Translations under genes and position numbers: made by a program
Notes under the pieces: generated by a model
The model's input: only the letters and a program-made list of their open reading frames with translations
Told to the model about the DNA's origin: nothing
The model's database searches: none
Part shown: positions 26,036-39,860 of the stretch, piece after piece
Layout: every line of letters starts with the position of its first letter
How positions within the stretch are numbered: the first letter of the stretch is position 1
DNA from: Octopus vulgaris
Lineage: Eukaryota
DNA length: 64,000 bases
Assembly (NCBI GenBank): GCA_951406725.2
Contig: OX597815.1
Location: 39,184,001-39,248,000 of the forward strand
Direction of reading: 5' to 3'

Positions 26036-27217
26036 TTTTCCTATTGTTCAAGTGATTATAATGTAAAGCCTTTAGTTACGTAATCTTCCTTTTCTAGTAG
26101 CATCCACTACCCATAACATATTACAGTTTGAAGCAATTTCTTGAAACAAAGTAAATAAATTTCCTTCAGAAATGATCTGAAACAGATGAATGACCTACAT
26201 AAAGCCATTGGAATAATGAAAATTGAATTCAAAATAGAAGCTAAACATTGTTTAGACACTGACTGTAGTAGTTACCCAATGAGCTTTTAAAGTAACTTGG
26301 TGAATAATTATCTGATAATCAACAAGGAATGTAAATATATCATAAAGCTAGAGAAAGGCAAAGAATATAGGTCACTGTAACAACAACTCCCGTGCTCTGA
26401 TACTTCAAAATTAAACTATAATGCTACAGTTATGATAAACAGTTCACCTCATAATACTAAACAATATACATGTATATGTCATATATACATGTTATATACA
26501 TATATGATGTATGTACATATGTATTAAATTCTGCTTTAATGAGCCAGGTTTATGTAAAACAAATCTAAAAGAAAAGAGTCTGCTGTATTCATTTGTCTGA
26601 AATCATAATGCACAAACTGCTTCCATGAAGCTTTGAAAAAATAAAGCAGAAGATTGTTATTGCTTAAAATTGTGCTTATTCTTGAAAGTTAGTACTTCTA
26701 GTCAATAACTGTGACAACAAAGTCAGAACTTTTCAATAAGATTCATGAAAGCAAATGCAGTTTTTGTAATGAACTAATTTGAAGATGAGGCCTCAGACCA
26801 CTGTTGTATTAAAAGCAATATTACACTCAATAACCAGCACCTCCAGAAGAAGTAAAACAGCATTTTTCCTGGCTATCACTTCTTTAACAAAATCAGAAGT
26901 TACAATGCCACAACTTCTCTAGACTACTAGGAAACAACAGTAATGAGTCAAACAGCCTAACAATGAAATTACACAAAGGTACAGCACAGAAATCAGATGA
27001 CTAAGTTGACCACAGTCTTTGAATTTCATCTTGTATTACAGATGAATCAACAATAAGTTTGTGAAAAGATCTTGAGCAGTTAAGAGAAAATGAAATAAAA
27101 AGGCAATGGGAAATGACTGGCAAGTTTCAAGGAAAAATCTTGAATTCTAATTGGAAAGAGTTTTATCTTATAAGAAAGCCGCTATACTATAAACCAGAAC
27201 CAACAGGATTTGGTACT

Positions 27218-27446
27218 TTAACCCTTTTATTACCATATTTCTGTTGAGATGCTCTGTGTTTCTTTCAATTAATTTTAAATATAACAAAGAATTTAGTAAA
27301 ACAACTTAGTTATCATTCAGCTGGTGTTAGGAACATAAATTGTGACTAAGGTTTGGTGGAAGATTTTTAATTCAGAACTTTTGAAACAAGATATTATACT
27401 ACAGAGCCTGAGGCAGTTTCAGGCGGTTTGGTATCAAAAGGGTTAA
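27218..27446. mobile_element. piggyBac-type MITE, family B
   Basis: TTAA-ccctttt...aaaaggg-TTAA termini; a second copy lies in the opposite orientation at 60672-60900. Confidence 0.85.
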
Positions 27447-27526
27447 GAACTGTAGATGTATTACCTACTTATTGAGAGGCTTACAAACCAATAGGGCTAA
27501 TGGAAAGTGATGATGAAATGAATGAT

Positions 27527-30028
27527 GTAACCCTTTAGTGTTCAGATTAATTTGTCTGTTCACATTAATTTTGATTTCTTCAGGTTCAAGTGGGGTGTCC
27601 ACAATATTTGCTTGTAACTTTGTTAATTTTCAACATAACAGATTTGAAAGTTTGTAAATGGGTGCTTATATATACCAGTGGTTTATAGTTACGTAATTTT
27701 AGCTGATCTGATTAAATTTGACTTTTATGGCCAGGTAATTTTAATTAACAGGTCTAAAAACAATAACATAATGAATAAACACTAAAATTCATATTTTCAA
27801 TACATCTCCCGTTTGATTTGTTACTAAAATTATTCCAGATGTCAACCAGCAACAATTTCACATTTTTCAAGGTGAGGTACATTAATTTGAATTAATTAAA
27901 ATACAAGTGTAATTAGTACAAGATTTTATTCTTTCTCTATATTTCATTGACATTTTCATTGAAAATATAGTACAAAACCCTTACTAGTCAATATACCATT
28001 GGCTATGCACTCTTATACAATTCAATGAATTCATTTATGTAACAGAAAGCACCTAACAAAAAAAGCTCGTTAATAGGTGAAGCAAAGGAGAATATAGATG
28101 TGTAACATACTGAAAATTAATATGTATTTCTCACTTTCACATATTATTTATAATAAAATAATATAGTTATGACATATTTCTGTCATGAAACTGCCTAAAG
28201 TACCCATTACACAAGGGCACTTTGCAAAAGGAACACATATACGAAGTCTCAATCTGATACTCTTTCACAGTTTTTCTTTCTTGCAGCGAACACAGTGTTG
28301 CAAACGTTTTTTTCTTCCATTTATCTTTTCAACTTTATGAAAGTTAATATTTTCTCTGTTGACATCCATGTCATGTGAATTTTGCTTTTCTCCCAGTTCT
28401 GTGCTTTCTTGAAGAAAAGCCCTCACAAAACTGAGATGCGATGTCAATTCGTCAAATGGTCATAGTCGTGGCTTTTTACATGTACAGTATATGAATTACT
28501 ATAGCTAAATTAACTAAAAACTACTAAATGAACCTCCATTTCTTCCTAAGTCGTCCAACTGGGTAATATGCCCGATATTGGTCAGATTTATCAACCCCAC
28601 CCATATATTTGTTATAACAAATATTCACCTGGGGTTTCCCCTCAGCACCAACTCTAGGTTGTTCATTAGTAGACAGAAATAAAATCTGTCTTTTGTCTTT
28701 GAAAGCAGTAGCTAATAAAGTTTCCTTTTGCATTTGTAATATGTCCTCTTTTTTTTCATATTTTGTTTTCATTTCACAGGGTACACCTTTACAGTTGCCC
28801 ATAACAGTGCTACACATGTAAGTACTTACAAGGGCAAGATTTTCAGCTGAAGCCACTGAAGAAAAAAAAGTCAAAATAGAGGTGTCAGTGCTGATCGTGA
28901 ACTGGTTCAGTAAGAGACTTTACTACATCATGTCCCAATCTTATATGGTTTGTTTCCATTATATCTTTTACCTGTGTAAATATCGAAGTTTACACAATTT
29001 CTAGTGTCTGATTCACAAACTTCCCATACCTTCATCCCCCATTTAGTGGGTTTGGCAGGCATGTACTGCCAAAAATGTACTCTGCCCTTATAGCCTATCA
29101 TGGCTTCATCTACACTGAGATTTTTCCCAGGTAGATACAGTTTTATAACTATTAAGGAGTAAACTACAGGACGTACTTTGTACAGGAGATTGTAGTTTGG
29201 GTCATTTTTGCATTAGCAGAATCAATTAAATGTAAATACTGAGGTATTTTCGAATACCTCCTCTTCAACATTATACTTGAGATATACAGATCACCATACC
29301 TTATATCAGAACTCCAGTAGTTCTACAATGGAGGAAGCTGTTTAACACCAAACATAATATTGAATGTGAAAAACGCTCTCATTTCCACAGTATAAGTTGG
29401 CTGCTATAGTGGATCATTTCTTCCGCAAATAGAAATTATACATTGCACATACTTGTTTTCAAAAATACTTTCTAGTAAAAAATAAAAATAGATAGTCCAA
29501 TGGTTGAGGAGGAAAAATTGTGTTGTGGACCAGTGTTTTCAGTGAAATCAGGAATAGTGATAGGTGCTGTAATCTTTGACCATGTTGCTATGTTTATGAT
29601 ATCATTTTACATCACTTTCATTTTTATCACTTTCGTTCTCAAAATCTTCCTCGTCCGACAAATATTCACTAATATCGATACCAAATTCATCCAAAGACAA
29701 AATACTCATGTTTCCATCTATATTTTCTATATCATCAAGAGTAAAACCTTCAAAGTTGGAATCGCTACTTGCTGATGCCATTTCATTAAAAACTAAGGTA
29801 AAGACATCGATTCAAACATTGAGAAAACCATGTGGTCTAACAATTTCACAGTATTTATACTTGAATAAAGGCAGGAAAGGGCTTCATCTCGCATTATCTC
29901 AAAGCTACAAGAATTTAATAACTTGGTTTGTTTATTTTTTTTAGCAATTTCGTAGAGCAGCCGGATTTGGCCAGTTTGAACAAATAAAAGGGAATTAATT
30001 TTGGACGGTCTGAACGCTAAATGGTTAA
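27527..30028 (-). mobile_element. Full-length but inactivated piggyBac (PGBD4-like) transposon
   Basis: TIRs (g)taa-ccctttagtgttcaga and tctgaacgctaaatgg-ttaa. Minus-strand transposase from ~29780 has an acidic N-terminus, SVDEAMIGYKGR..QYMPAKPTKWGMKVW, YNKYMGGVDKSDQ and a C-terminal Cys-rich region (CVRC...CSFCKVPLC), with several stops and frameshifts. Confidence 0.92.
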
Positions 30029-30242
30029 GAAGCAACAAATGTACCTACTGCAAAGGAACTTCATCAGTGTTTGAAAAAAAACAAATTAATAACCACATAT
30101 CTCACAAACCATCTAACCCTGTGACTTTCTCACTCCTGTAATTCAAGTGAGAATGAAATGCATTGTGGTAATCTATAAGAGGCTATCAAGATTAGTAAGT
30201 GCTTTTAAAGATTTAATTTCTCCTTGTCCTGTTATTAGCATA

Positions 30243-30384
30243 GTTCATCGTTCGTTTGACGGATCCAGTGCCTTTCGTGGAAGCTTTCGCCCGCTTCTTA
30301 GGACCGACTAACCCGTGCTTGACCGCTGTTGGCATGGTACCCTTCTCCACTTCAGTCTTTGAAGGTCTCGTTCGAATATTTGCT
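30243..30384 (-). rRNA. Isolated 28S rRNA fragment (pseudogenic), D7 region
   Basis: Minus strand AGCAAATATTCGAACGAGACCTTCAAAGACTGAAGTGGAGAAGGGTACCATG..AACAGCGGTCAAGCACGGGTTAGTCGGTCCTAAG matches the conserved eukaryotic LSU core preceding D7a. The lower boundary is approximate. Confidence 0.85.
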
Positions 30385-30499
30385 GTGCCTCACAAACAAA
30401 ATCATATGAAGTGAAATATGATACAGAAAAGTTGAAACATAATGGAATCCAAAATACCTGTCCTAAATGCAGAGGAGTGAGCTCTGTACTCAGTCTGAT

Positions 30500-31020
30500 C
30501 ATGAGTGTGTTGCTACATTAGTCATGAACAAAGAGGCAAAAGTTTATTATTGTCAACAACACTTGACAGAATGTTATGTGAAAATAAGATTGTTCTTGGA
30601 ACAGCAACCTGAAGAATTGCTGCCAAACTTTTACTTAATAACTGCATTGTACATTCTCATTCCAAAGAACCTTTAAAGGCTGGTTACCCGAATTGCAATA
30701 TATCACCACTGAGTACAATTGGTCAGTTTATCAAACAATTCATCATAAATGAATTGGCTAAAACAGAGTGTTTGAAGCAATAGACTGTACATTCCGACAT
30801 GTCTATGAAACTGGCAGATCTGTTGGAGAAATTACAGTGGTGTTTTCTGGAAACTGGTGTCAAATTCTGAAAGTTGCACTAACATGGAGGTGGTGTGGAG
30901 GTAATTAATGTTTCAAAAGCTTTTTGAGAAGAACTACAAATCACACAATTCATCAGAAACATGCATTCAGCTAACAGCAGAAAACTTTGCAGTGCTTCTG
31001 CTTAGAACTGGCAAAGGAAT
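30500..31020 (+). mobile_element. Helitron RepHel PIF1 helicase remnant
   Basis: FEAIDCTFRHVYETGRSVGEITVVFSGNWCQILKV (compare FEALDRTLRD..FGG..V..GDWRQILPV) and AENFAVLLLRTGKG. Confidence 0.7.
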
Positions 31021-31239
31021 CAACTGAAGATGAAAGTTCTATAAAATCTTGCTTTCAAGGCCAACTTGTAAAAGAAATTTTTTTTTTAATTTTTAAAATA
31101 CAAAAAAAAAGAAAACCCACTAGAATTACTTCAACAAGGAGATAAGCAACATAAGATGAGAGGGGAGTAACAGGTTGAACACCCCAGTAGAGATGGTGTG
31201 TTCAGCCACACCTCGCAGACATAAGTGCAAAGATGCTAC

Positions 31240-31910
31240 TGTGGAGAATGGGCAGTGGCACTCACAACAGCCACACTATTTCTCAGAAAAGCTACTGTGA
31301 TTTTGCAAACGAAATCAGCAGTGCAGGGTTTGAGAACATGAGGTTTTGACAGCAACCCATACAAACAGATAATGGCTGGTCAGGTTCCAGTATTTGTTTA
31401 ACTTTCTCTCCTCTGCATTACAGGAAGGGATAGCCAGGTTTGCAGCTGATGCAGCAAGGCTGAAAACAGAGAACATGTCACAACATATTACATCGCAGAT
31501 TAGGAATTTACTTTTTTTGTATGTGAAGCAGATTATTCCATCGGAGCACTTACCACCCTGATGGTCAATGCCTGCTAGCTACAATTGTGATGAGTAACTG
31601 GCTGCATTGAGGCCACTTCTGATGCCATTCAGAGGAGTTTGTTGGGGGAACTGGCCCACATTACGGATGCAAGATACTGGATGAAGGCAGAATTCATTGG
31701 CTCCACAACATTTGTGCAGCTCACACATGCAGAGACTAAAGAGCTGGACCACTGCCACACAAGTGCACTCATGATCAAGAAGGGCACCAAATTGAGTCAT
31801 GCACTGCAGTTTGATTAAAACTTTTGCAACTGTATTTTTGCAAACCTCAAGCTGCAAATCTATGGGTTGATTCTCGCAGCATGCAATCCTTTGCCCAGCT
31901 AACAATAGTG
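31240..31910 (-). mobile_element. CRE-clade non-LTR retrotransposon C-terminal remnant (zinc knuckle and restriction-like endonuclease)
   Basis: GALLDHE...CELHKCCG..CLHPVSCIRNVGQFPQQTPLN, then GIDHQGGKCSDGII...FLICDVICCDMF (compare DGKRPDG..LVWDxTCxDT) and RNSVAVV (compare QRISIAVQRGN). Confidence 0.7.
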
Positions 31911-32355
31911 GTGTTGTACAGTTAATGATATTAAAATGACTGCTTTCCAGTTAAATCAAAAAATATTTAACCTTCTCTGGTGATATTCCTGGTTCACCAA
32001 CAATATCAAACTTGACATTCAGCTGAATTCCTGGTATAGTATGAATTGTCAAAACCATACAAAAAAAAAAACATTTAAACTAAAAATAGATCAGCCTATC
32101 AGAACTAAGGTAGGTCGAAAGTGCAGAATTAAATCTTACTCTAATTTTTTAACCATGCATATCTCACCACAGCTGAGCACTTCTGGGATGAAAATACACA
32201 AGTATAGACAGTTTACAATTAATGCTACAAAATTTATGTGAAGATAATGGGAATTTGATCAAGTATATTTTAATGACTTCAAGTTAGTTGGAGAGAGATT
32301 TGAAGTGGAAGGTGGTGATGATGAGCTTCAAATGAGGGGTCATGGTTCTCAATTA

Positions 32356-32365
32356 GGTGGTAGTG

Positions 32366-32418
<53 letters not shown>
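32356..32418. repeat. (GGT)n/(AGT)n microsatellite
   Basis: Read directly from the sequence. Confidence 0.95.
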
Positions 32419-32849
32419 TGGAGATTTTGATACAAGTTGGAATAATTTTACAGTAGCAAATATTGATTCACAGTTTTAAAAAAATTTGTAAGCTCACAAA
32501 ATATCCCGAACTTTCTAACAGCAGAAAGTACAGACAGTGGCTTTTCAAGTTTATCCTTCAATGCATTTTAGGAGAGTTTGCGCAATGTAATTTTGTAGCC
32601 TCACAAATACATGAGCTAAAGCTGAAAACATTAAAAGTTTTACACCAGTGTCACTAGATAAATGAAAGCATTCATTGACTAAAACACAAACTGGAATATC
32701 TGATTTTGAAACCATGTTATGCAGACTATAGGCTGAGTAAGGAAGGAAAAAACTGATGTTCAGAGCTGGATGTCATCAAGTTGTGATTCATGATTATTTC
32801 TTTGCTATCTAGAGATTTCTGCAAGTTATTAGTGATAGACAAAATACAC

Positions 32850-33420
32850 AATGCTGAGTGATTCGCTTCAGAAACTAAGATTGTATTATATAAGCCAAAC
32901 AAACTTAAGGAATGATATCCACCAAAAAATGCATAACTGCCAGATATTACATAAAGGGCAGACATTAGTAGAACAGAAACAGTAGAGGAGAAATTCTGTA
33001 GTTCTAGCAGACCATCTCCTGACTGTCCTACACACACACACACACGCGCAATGGGAAATGCCACGACAAGTCAAAAGCACTATCCAAAGAGTCTAAAATT
33101 GAAAAACTAACAAAACGTAGAGATTTTCGTTTTCTGTGTTGAAAGAGTTTTTTTTCATATTTAATATGGCAAGACAAAGTCAATATCTCATATGAAATTA
33201 TCACAGCTCTGATAATGTAGTCACAACAACCAGACAAGCAAAGATGGGTTTGCATTAAAATCCCAATGCCACCCAAAGTTTATCCATAACTATAATGTAT
33301 TCATGGGAGATGCAGCAAAAATAATCCAATGATGCAGCTCCACATAAGTAGAAAACACTATGTAACCACAACCATCATGAAACATACATTCTATTCGATT
33401 ATTTCATGCATAAGTTCACA
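32850..33420 (+). mobile_element. Older piggyBac transposase remnant
   Basis: IWQDK...TRQAK.G...IHNYNVFMGDA (compare WxDK...YNxxMGGVD); heavily degraded. Confidence 0.5.
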
Positions 33421-34879
33421 CAAGGGAAAGAAACATGAACATCAAGTTTCTGAAAAACTATCCTTCAATGTCAAATGCATTCAAAAGTGGGTATCTACTT
33501 AAGGGACATCAAACGCATTTTTTCAGTCAAATATATGCATTTATGTCCTGAGCATAAAAGTGGACTTACTATCATGGCAAAATGAAGAATGAAAAACTTT
33601 TTAGAGATATATTGTATATAGAGTAATTCTATAGAGACGCATGTCAGAATTAGTACATTGTATCATAACATTTTGATGATTCATTTTTCTCTTACATAAT
33701 CCAGTGTTGACATTAAAGACAAACAACAATCACTAAATACATGTAGCAGATCTTCTTACTGCATAGGACTTTTTTTTCCCCCCACTTTTTATTTGGACCT
33801 TTAAGATCTACGTACTTTCTTAACTGTTTTGACTACATAATGTGAAATACAAAATAAACTTCCTCTTAACTTTCATCTCAACAGAAGTTTGTCGAAAGCA
33901 ACACACAACAGAATCAGCCAATTGCCAATTCACATTATATCTTGATTCTATCATGCCCTAGCAGGAACTACCTGAACAAGCTCTACCAGATTCCCATCAA
34001 AGCAGCAATGAACAACATGCATTGAAAAAAAAAAAACATATTGCCAGAAGCAGACAGCCACCACAATGCCAGTTTGTAGTTAGTTAATGACTCATCAATG
34101 GTGAACTCCAGAGTTGTTGTCTACATTTGCTTCTAATAGATAAAAATGGATTTTTGCAGTGAAACATGTGAAGAACTAGTACTTTGTCGTGTAAAAGAGC
34201 AAGGCTTAAAAACTCCCTAGAGTTGAAAAAAATGATAATATTTAATCTTTGGATGAAGAGCTTACTCTTATACAGGCAATGATAGTGATTCAAATAAACT
34301 GGTGTAAGTGATGAAGAAAGTAGCAATTTGGGTGAACAAATACAGTAGTTAAGAGATAAGCCTGTCCATTAATTTGCCTGCAATCATCACTCTTGAGCTG
34401 TGTATGCAACTATTTATTTCTTTGCTCAGGAACCCAGGTGGAGAGTAAATTTAGACACAAGGGCACAGGTCTAAGAGGATTAAATAACAAGGCATGTTAA
34501 ATTACAGTAAACCATTTGACTAGAAGAAAACGTGTTAACTGAAGAGAAAAAGGATCCCAAATCTCCAAGCCACACCACCATTTTAGAAAAAATACACATT
34601 TGATAATGTAGTTCTGGCTGGAATGTCTTCAAACATAACTGTCCAATCAGGACTAACCTGGACACTAAACAACAAAGAATGTTGATTTAATTTTTGCTTA
34701 CTCAAAGTATTATTGAGGAATATGAACTTTTATTCAAACTAATATGTACCAAACTATTTTTTACAATGCCTAAATTATCCAACTGACTTGTTAAAACACC
34801 ATCAAAATCATCAGACTGTCTGGTGATAATCCACAACAATTCTCCATATATAAGGTTGTGAGTTGTATTTAAAAGTGAA

Positions 34880-35750
34880 CTGTTCTCCACCAGTGCTTTT
34901 TGTCACGAGCTAGTATGATCCACATGTGCATATCAATGTTTAATCTCCTTATGTTGCATTTAACCACACCTTATGTCACAACTGATATGTACCCTAGTTT
35001 CATACCACTAGCCAGCTACAAGTAAACTATGTCATGGTAACCAAATTTTCTCTATCCGTTAGACATACCCTAGCCAACAGAAAGTTTGCCGCACTAATAT
35101 CTGTTAATTGCTGAAGGAGCATAGTTTGGTCTTAAGAGGATGATGCTCCTGATCTTGTCTTTCTATAGTATTCCTGATCTGCCTCAGATCTTATAAATGC
35201 TTGCAGTTATTTAACCCACTTCTGGTGTAAAGCCTATGCCACTGATCTGTAAAATATGATGGGTAATGCTACTGCTCAGTACACTATGCTTCACTTGAAC
35301 TGTCACCTGCATGATGTTTGTACAGTTACTTGCTCTTTCTGTCTGCTTTCCAATGCCCAATTGGCCTTATTCACTCATCCTACACTCTAGTTAATGAGTA
35401 AGTCTACCATCCCCACTAATTATACTGCTGAAGTAAGTAAACCAGCTTACCACTAATGGCTTCTACTCTTTGATGATGATTGGCATGAAGTCACTTAATA
35501 CCTCCAACCTCTTCCACATAGTTGTACTGTCTTTTTACTCTACCTTTCTACTGCTTACTACAGTGGCCTCAGCTTTTCAGAAATAACCGATCTTATGTCA
35601 TCTTCACTCAGGCACTCTTGGCTAAAAAACACTGTGCCCAATATCCAAAGCTCAGCCAAGGCAACTCCTGAAAATATAGGCCTTTGGGCTTCCCCTTCTG
35701 CTCATTTTTGCTTACAACCATCATCTTGCAGCTATTTGAGATAAACAAAC
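34880..35750 (-). mobile_element. RTE-BovB-like LINE C-terminal remnant
   Basis: Minus strand CWLGYV*RI...LASG...VKCNIRRLNIDMHMWIILARDKKHW. The upper boundary is uncertain. Confidence 0.6.
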
Positions 35751-38514
35751 CACGTCAGTCCCATGGATTTCAAAAGCCTTTCAAAGGCCTTGAGCACACT
35801 CTCACACACTAAATCAAGTCATTAAAAAATAAATTAATTAAAATTTGTAACTAATAGGAGTGACGATAGGTCATTCTGTGGATCTGTTCAATCTTTACCA
35901 ACTTGGGAAAATGGATGTCAAAATGGCAATCATAACAGTGTATGTGCATGTTGAAACACAGCTCTATAACACAAACAGTTGTCACACTTATTTATACTCA
36001 TTCTTCTCCATGATGTGGGACAGTAATAAATGCAATGTTTTATGTAACAAGTTATAAGAAAGGTAATTTACTGTTTCTTACAGATCAGGAAAAAAAAGAA
36101 AATCAAAGAATTTTGTGTTTTGCCTACTCAAGTAAATAAAAAGTACACCTAGCAACCATGTTCTTAGAATACATGTACAAACACACATATACACACAAAA
36201 ACCTAATGCCCATCCTGCATATAGAGAAAATAAAGTTTGAATAGAAATTTTCATTTTATGCTTTGATTATTCAAATAAATTGTATTTAGGACCTACAGCA
36301 ATCCTAATAAATAATATGTGAATTCACCTTTATTTTCAAATATAGCAAAAGAAGTATAGCCCTCTTTCTGTACAGTGATGCAAAGTTATAAAAAAACCAT
36401 TCTAACAAAGAAATAAAGATACAGGTTTGATAAGAGACTGAAATACATACAGCTAAGCAAATGGACTACACAATATGAAAAAAGATATAAACTCAACCAC
36501 AACCAATTAAAAAATAAAGGGCAATAAAAGGTTCCAACAATAGATAAAAACATTGATATTAAAATTCACCAGCCAAATAAAACTTTTGCTTAGAAATCAT
36601 CCCTTGTTAGAAAATAAAACTGTTCTCAAAATAGTAGAAGCAATAATTGGTGAGAAACAAGCCATATATTGCTATGTCAAACTGGAAGCTACTACAAAAA
36701 CCTTGAAGGAAATAATGGCTCCACCTGAGTGACAATGAAATGGCATTTATGGTCTGCAAATACAGAAATAGATTAGACATGCTGTCACAAAATACAGCTA
36801 ACTTTAAACTTAAATTTGGTAGCAGCTAAAAAGATTGACAAGGGCAAAAAGAGTGCAAGCAATTAAGTACTTCTGTGTCTTTATTTAATGAAGCACTTGC
36901 AAATTTCAAGGCACCTATAAAAGCTATAGGTCATACAGTGCTATAAACCAGCAATCAAATTACAAGTTCTTTAATTTCAGGTTTAAAAATTCTAAGTTAA
37001 ACAGACAATTGATTAATTTTTTGAAAGCAAAATAAAAAATACATTTAACAACTTCCTCATTTGTTTCCTTAATTGGGTTAAAAAAATTTAATAATTTTCA
37101 AAACACAGTAAAAAAAATTTAGTTAAGTAACATTAACAGAAGTTTATAGTTTCACTTCAGGCAGATTACAAATATATTTTTGTTAAACAAGGAATGGCGT
37201 TAGGAAGGGCATCCAGCTGTAAAAACAATGCCAGATCAGACTGGAATCTGGTGCAGCCTCCTGGCTTCCCAGACCCTGGTTGAACCATTAAACCCATGCT
37301 AGCATGGAAAACTGATGTTAAACGATGATGATGAAATAGAGAAAAAGTATCATTATACAAGAAATATTCGACTGGATTGCCTACTGAACACTAATTCAAT
37401 TATTTTAATAATCCTAAAAAAATGCAAAGTAAAGTTTGAACTGTGAACATAGAAGAATGAAACTAAATACCTGAAAGCATTTAACTTGACACATTTGTGT
37501 TTCTGTTAAATTATCACCTTGATAAGCAAGAAAAATTATCTTAGAAGAATAAAGGCATTTTAAATTATTTAGACAGTTTCATGTACAACATAGACTGTGA
37601 CATTCCAACCATAATCTCAGGCAATTGCATTTTTTCTCTCCACAACCTGCATGTACACACCTTCAGAGATACATTTTTCCATGAGCAGACACTGTCTTTA
37701 ATTTAAAATAACAAAACAGACACTAGTTCAAAGTTTACCATAAAAATGTAGCCCTTAAAAAGTTATGAAGTATAATGCTGAAATAATTATGGAAACACTG
37801 TAAACAAAATGCTTTTGCCTTCAAAATCACTGATGCCCACATGGGGGTCACTGTAGTGAGTGTATAATTCACCTAACAAAGTTAAGGGATGGGTTCCCTT
37901 TTCATCTTAAATTCAATTCAAATATATTTTATACTTTAGTATTATTTGAATTTGATTGTGTGTATGTATGTACAAATGCATGTAACTGCTTCTTGGAACA
38001 AAGGTTATGGTCTTAATTGCCCGGCCTCGCCTCACCAACACTCCTCAATCACTCTCTAGCTGTGTCATTCCTCTTATATGCAATGACACTAACAGTTTTT
38101 GCTTCACTGACATTGCTGGGTGTATACCAGCTCAACTAAAATCTTGACTGTTTCATACACTTTCTCTTAATGGTAATAATATCAACAAATTGACTCTACA
38201 GAAAGCATAACTGATCTATTTTCTCAGGATAGATTGAGATACTTCAACATTAACACATGAAACATGCCCTCAACATAGAGAAGCTACTTCTCAGATCCGC
38301 ACAGCAACACTGGACATGATAGTTTAATGCCATAACAAATAGTTCAATATTATAAGATATTCAAATTTGTTAACTTGGAAGAGAATGCTGCAATGGCAAT
38401 TTGCAATAGCAAATAATTACTTTACACATTAAGTAATGCTGCTGCTTAGCTAGTTTGATATTTTCTAGATTTGGATAGAGGCCAAGCTTCAAAAGAAAGC
38501 CATATCATCTAAAC

Positions 38515-39087
38515 CAGTGGTTCCCAAGCTTTTTCGGACTGCCACCCACTTGGCACCCAGACCATGTTCCTCGTGCCCCCACCACTACCACCACCACAAG
38601 CATAGATCTCTTTCTACTGCAAATTCAAAGTAACTGTATTTCACAAATCTTCACCTAATTAACTCATTATTTTGTTTGAAAGAGTAAATTTACATCTCAC
38701 TTGTAACTACATTCTTTCATATTTTCCATGCAATGGATGTACGTTCTGAGGGGGGATCAGCTTCTTGACATCCAGCTTCAAGGTACTGAGAAATAGTCTT
38801 ATATCCCTGTGTTCAATAATCTTCAGTCTGTTTCTTTGCTTACAAAGAATCTGGGCAACTGCACTGAAGTCCTACTCTACAAAGTTTGATGTTGGAAAGG
38901 CAATAAAGTACATCTTATGAATTTTTTTGAACTTTGGTTTCAGCTCAATGTCATTCTAAAGTGAAACCCCCACTATTTTTGTTTCTTCATTACTGATAAA
39001 TAGGGATTTTATTTTATTTCAATGCCCCACCATCAAATCTTTCCATCATTACCAGGAGGGCAGTACTACCCATTTTGGGAACCATTG
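38515..39087 (-). mobile_element. Internally deleted hAT-Charlie element
   Basis: TIRs cagtggttcccaa / ttgggaaccattg. Minus-strand dimerisation domain FPTSNFVE*DFSAV..LCKQRNRLKI..RDIRLFLS...HPLH. The 8-bp TSD is not conserved. Confidence 0.8.
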
Positions 39088-39860
39088 AGTGCTTTTCCCT
39101 AATATTAGCAGCAGTAAGAGAGTCAGCAATAATTATATTAATCATAAAGTTAAAGAGGATCAATAAGGTGGAACAGTACCAAAAACAATTACTGCGTTCA
39201 TTGACAGACAGACAGATACACACATATACATAAAACATGTACGCACACAAAGTAATTATGTGTCTATAGTGATTACAATGATTCCTGTCTCATTAGGTTT
39301 CAAAAGTCTTTTAAAAAGCACTAAATAAATAAATGCAATATGAATAAAAATTGGAATTTTAAAAATCAAATAAGGCCTCTGTCAGTCCAAATACTGGTTC
39401 TTGGTGACAGATTCAGTTAGATATTAGAAAGAGGTCAAGGTTGAAGACTCAGCAAGCTTTGCTCTTTTCATTTAGAATACAAGACAAAAATATAACTAAA
39501 AATGGGAAGAATGTTTTTTTTTGTTTTTATTTTATTTTGAGAATCTAATATAGATTAGTGTATTAGATAACATTCGTAATGGTAGGAGTCAAGATAGAAA
39601 GGATTTTAATGTTTAAGTAGATAAGTATACCCAAATTGAAAAAGGTAGACATTACAGAGGAAGTGTATCAGCCATCTGATCACTTACTAATCAGGTGGAC
39701 ATGCAAGCCAAATAAATTACATGCTAAGTAACAGGTAACTGGTTGTGAAGAATGTACCGAGCAACAACCTGAGGATAAGAGCTAGCTGGACTAAGAGACA
39801 CAAGATGATTTAACAAAAGAATATGTGGAAACCAAAAGACCCTCCTGACCAGATGTAGGT

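Noticed and set aside
30243-31910. 28S fragment near a REL-type retroelement, suggesting an R2-like rDNA insertion
   Set aside because: They are separated by ~850 bp of Helitron-derived sequence, the fragment does not contain the R2 target site, and the element motifs are CRE-like.
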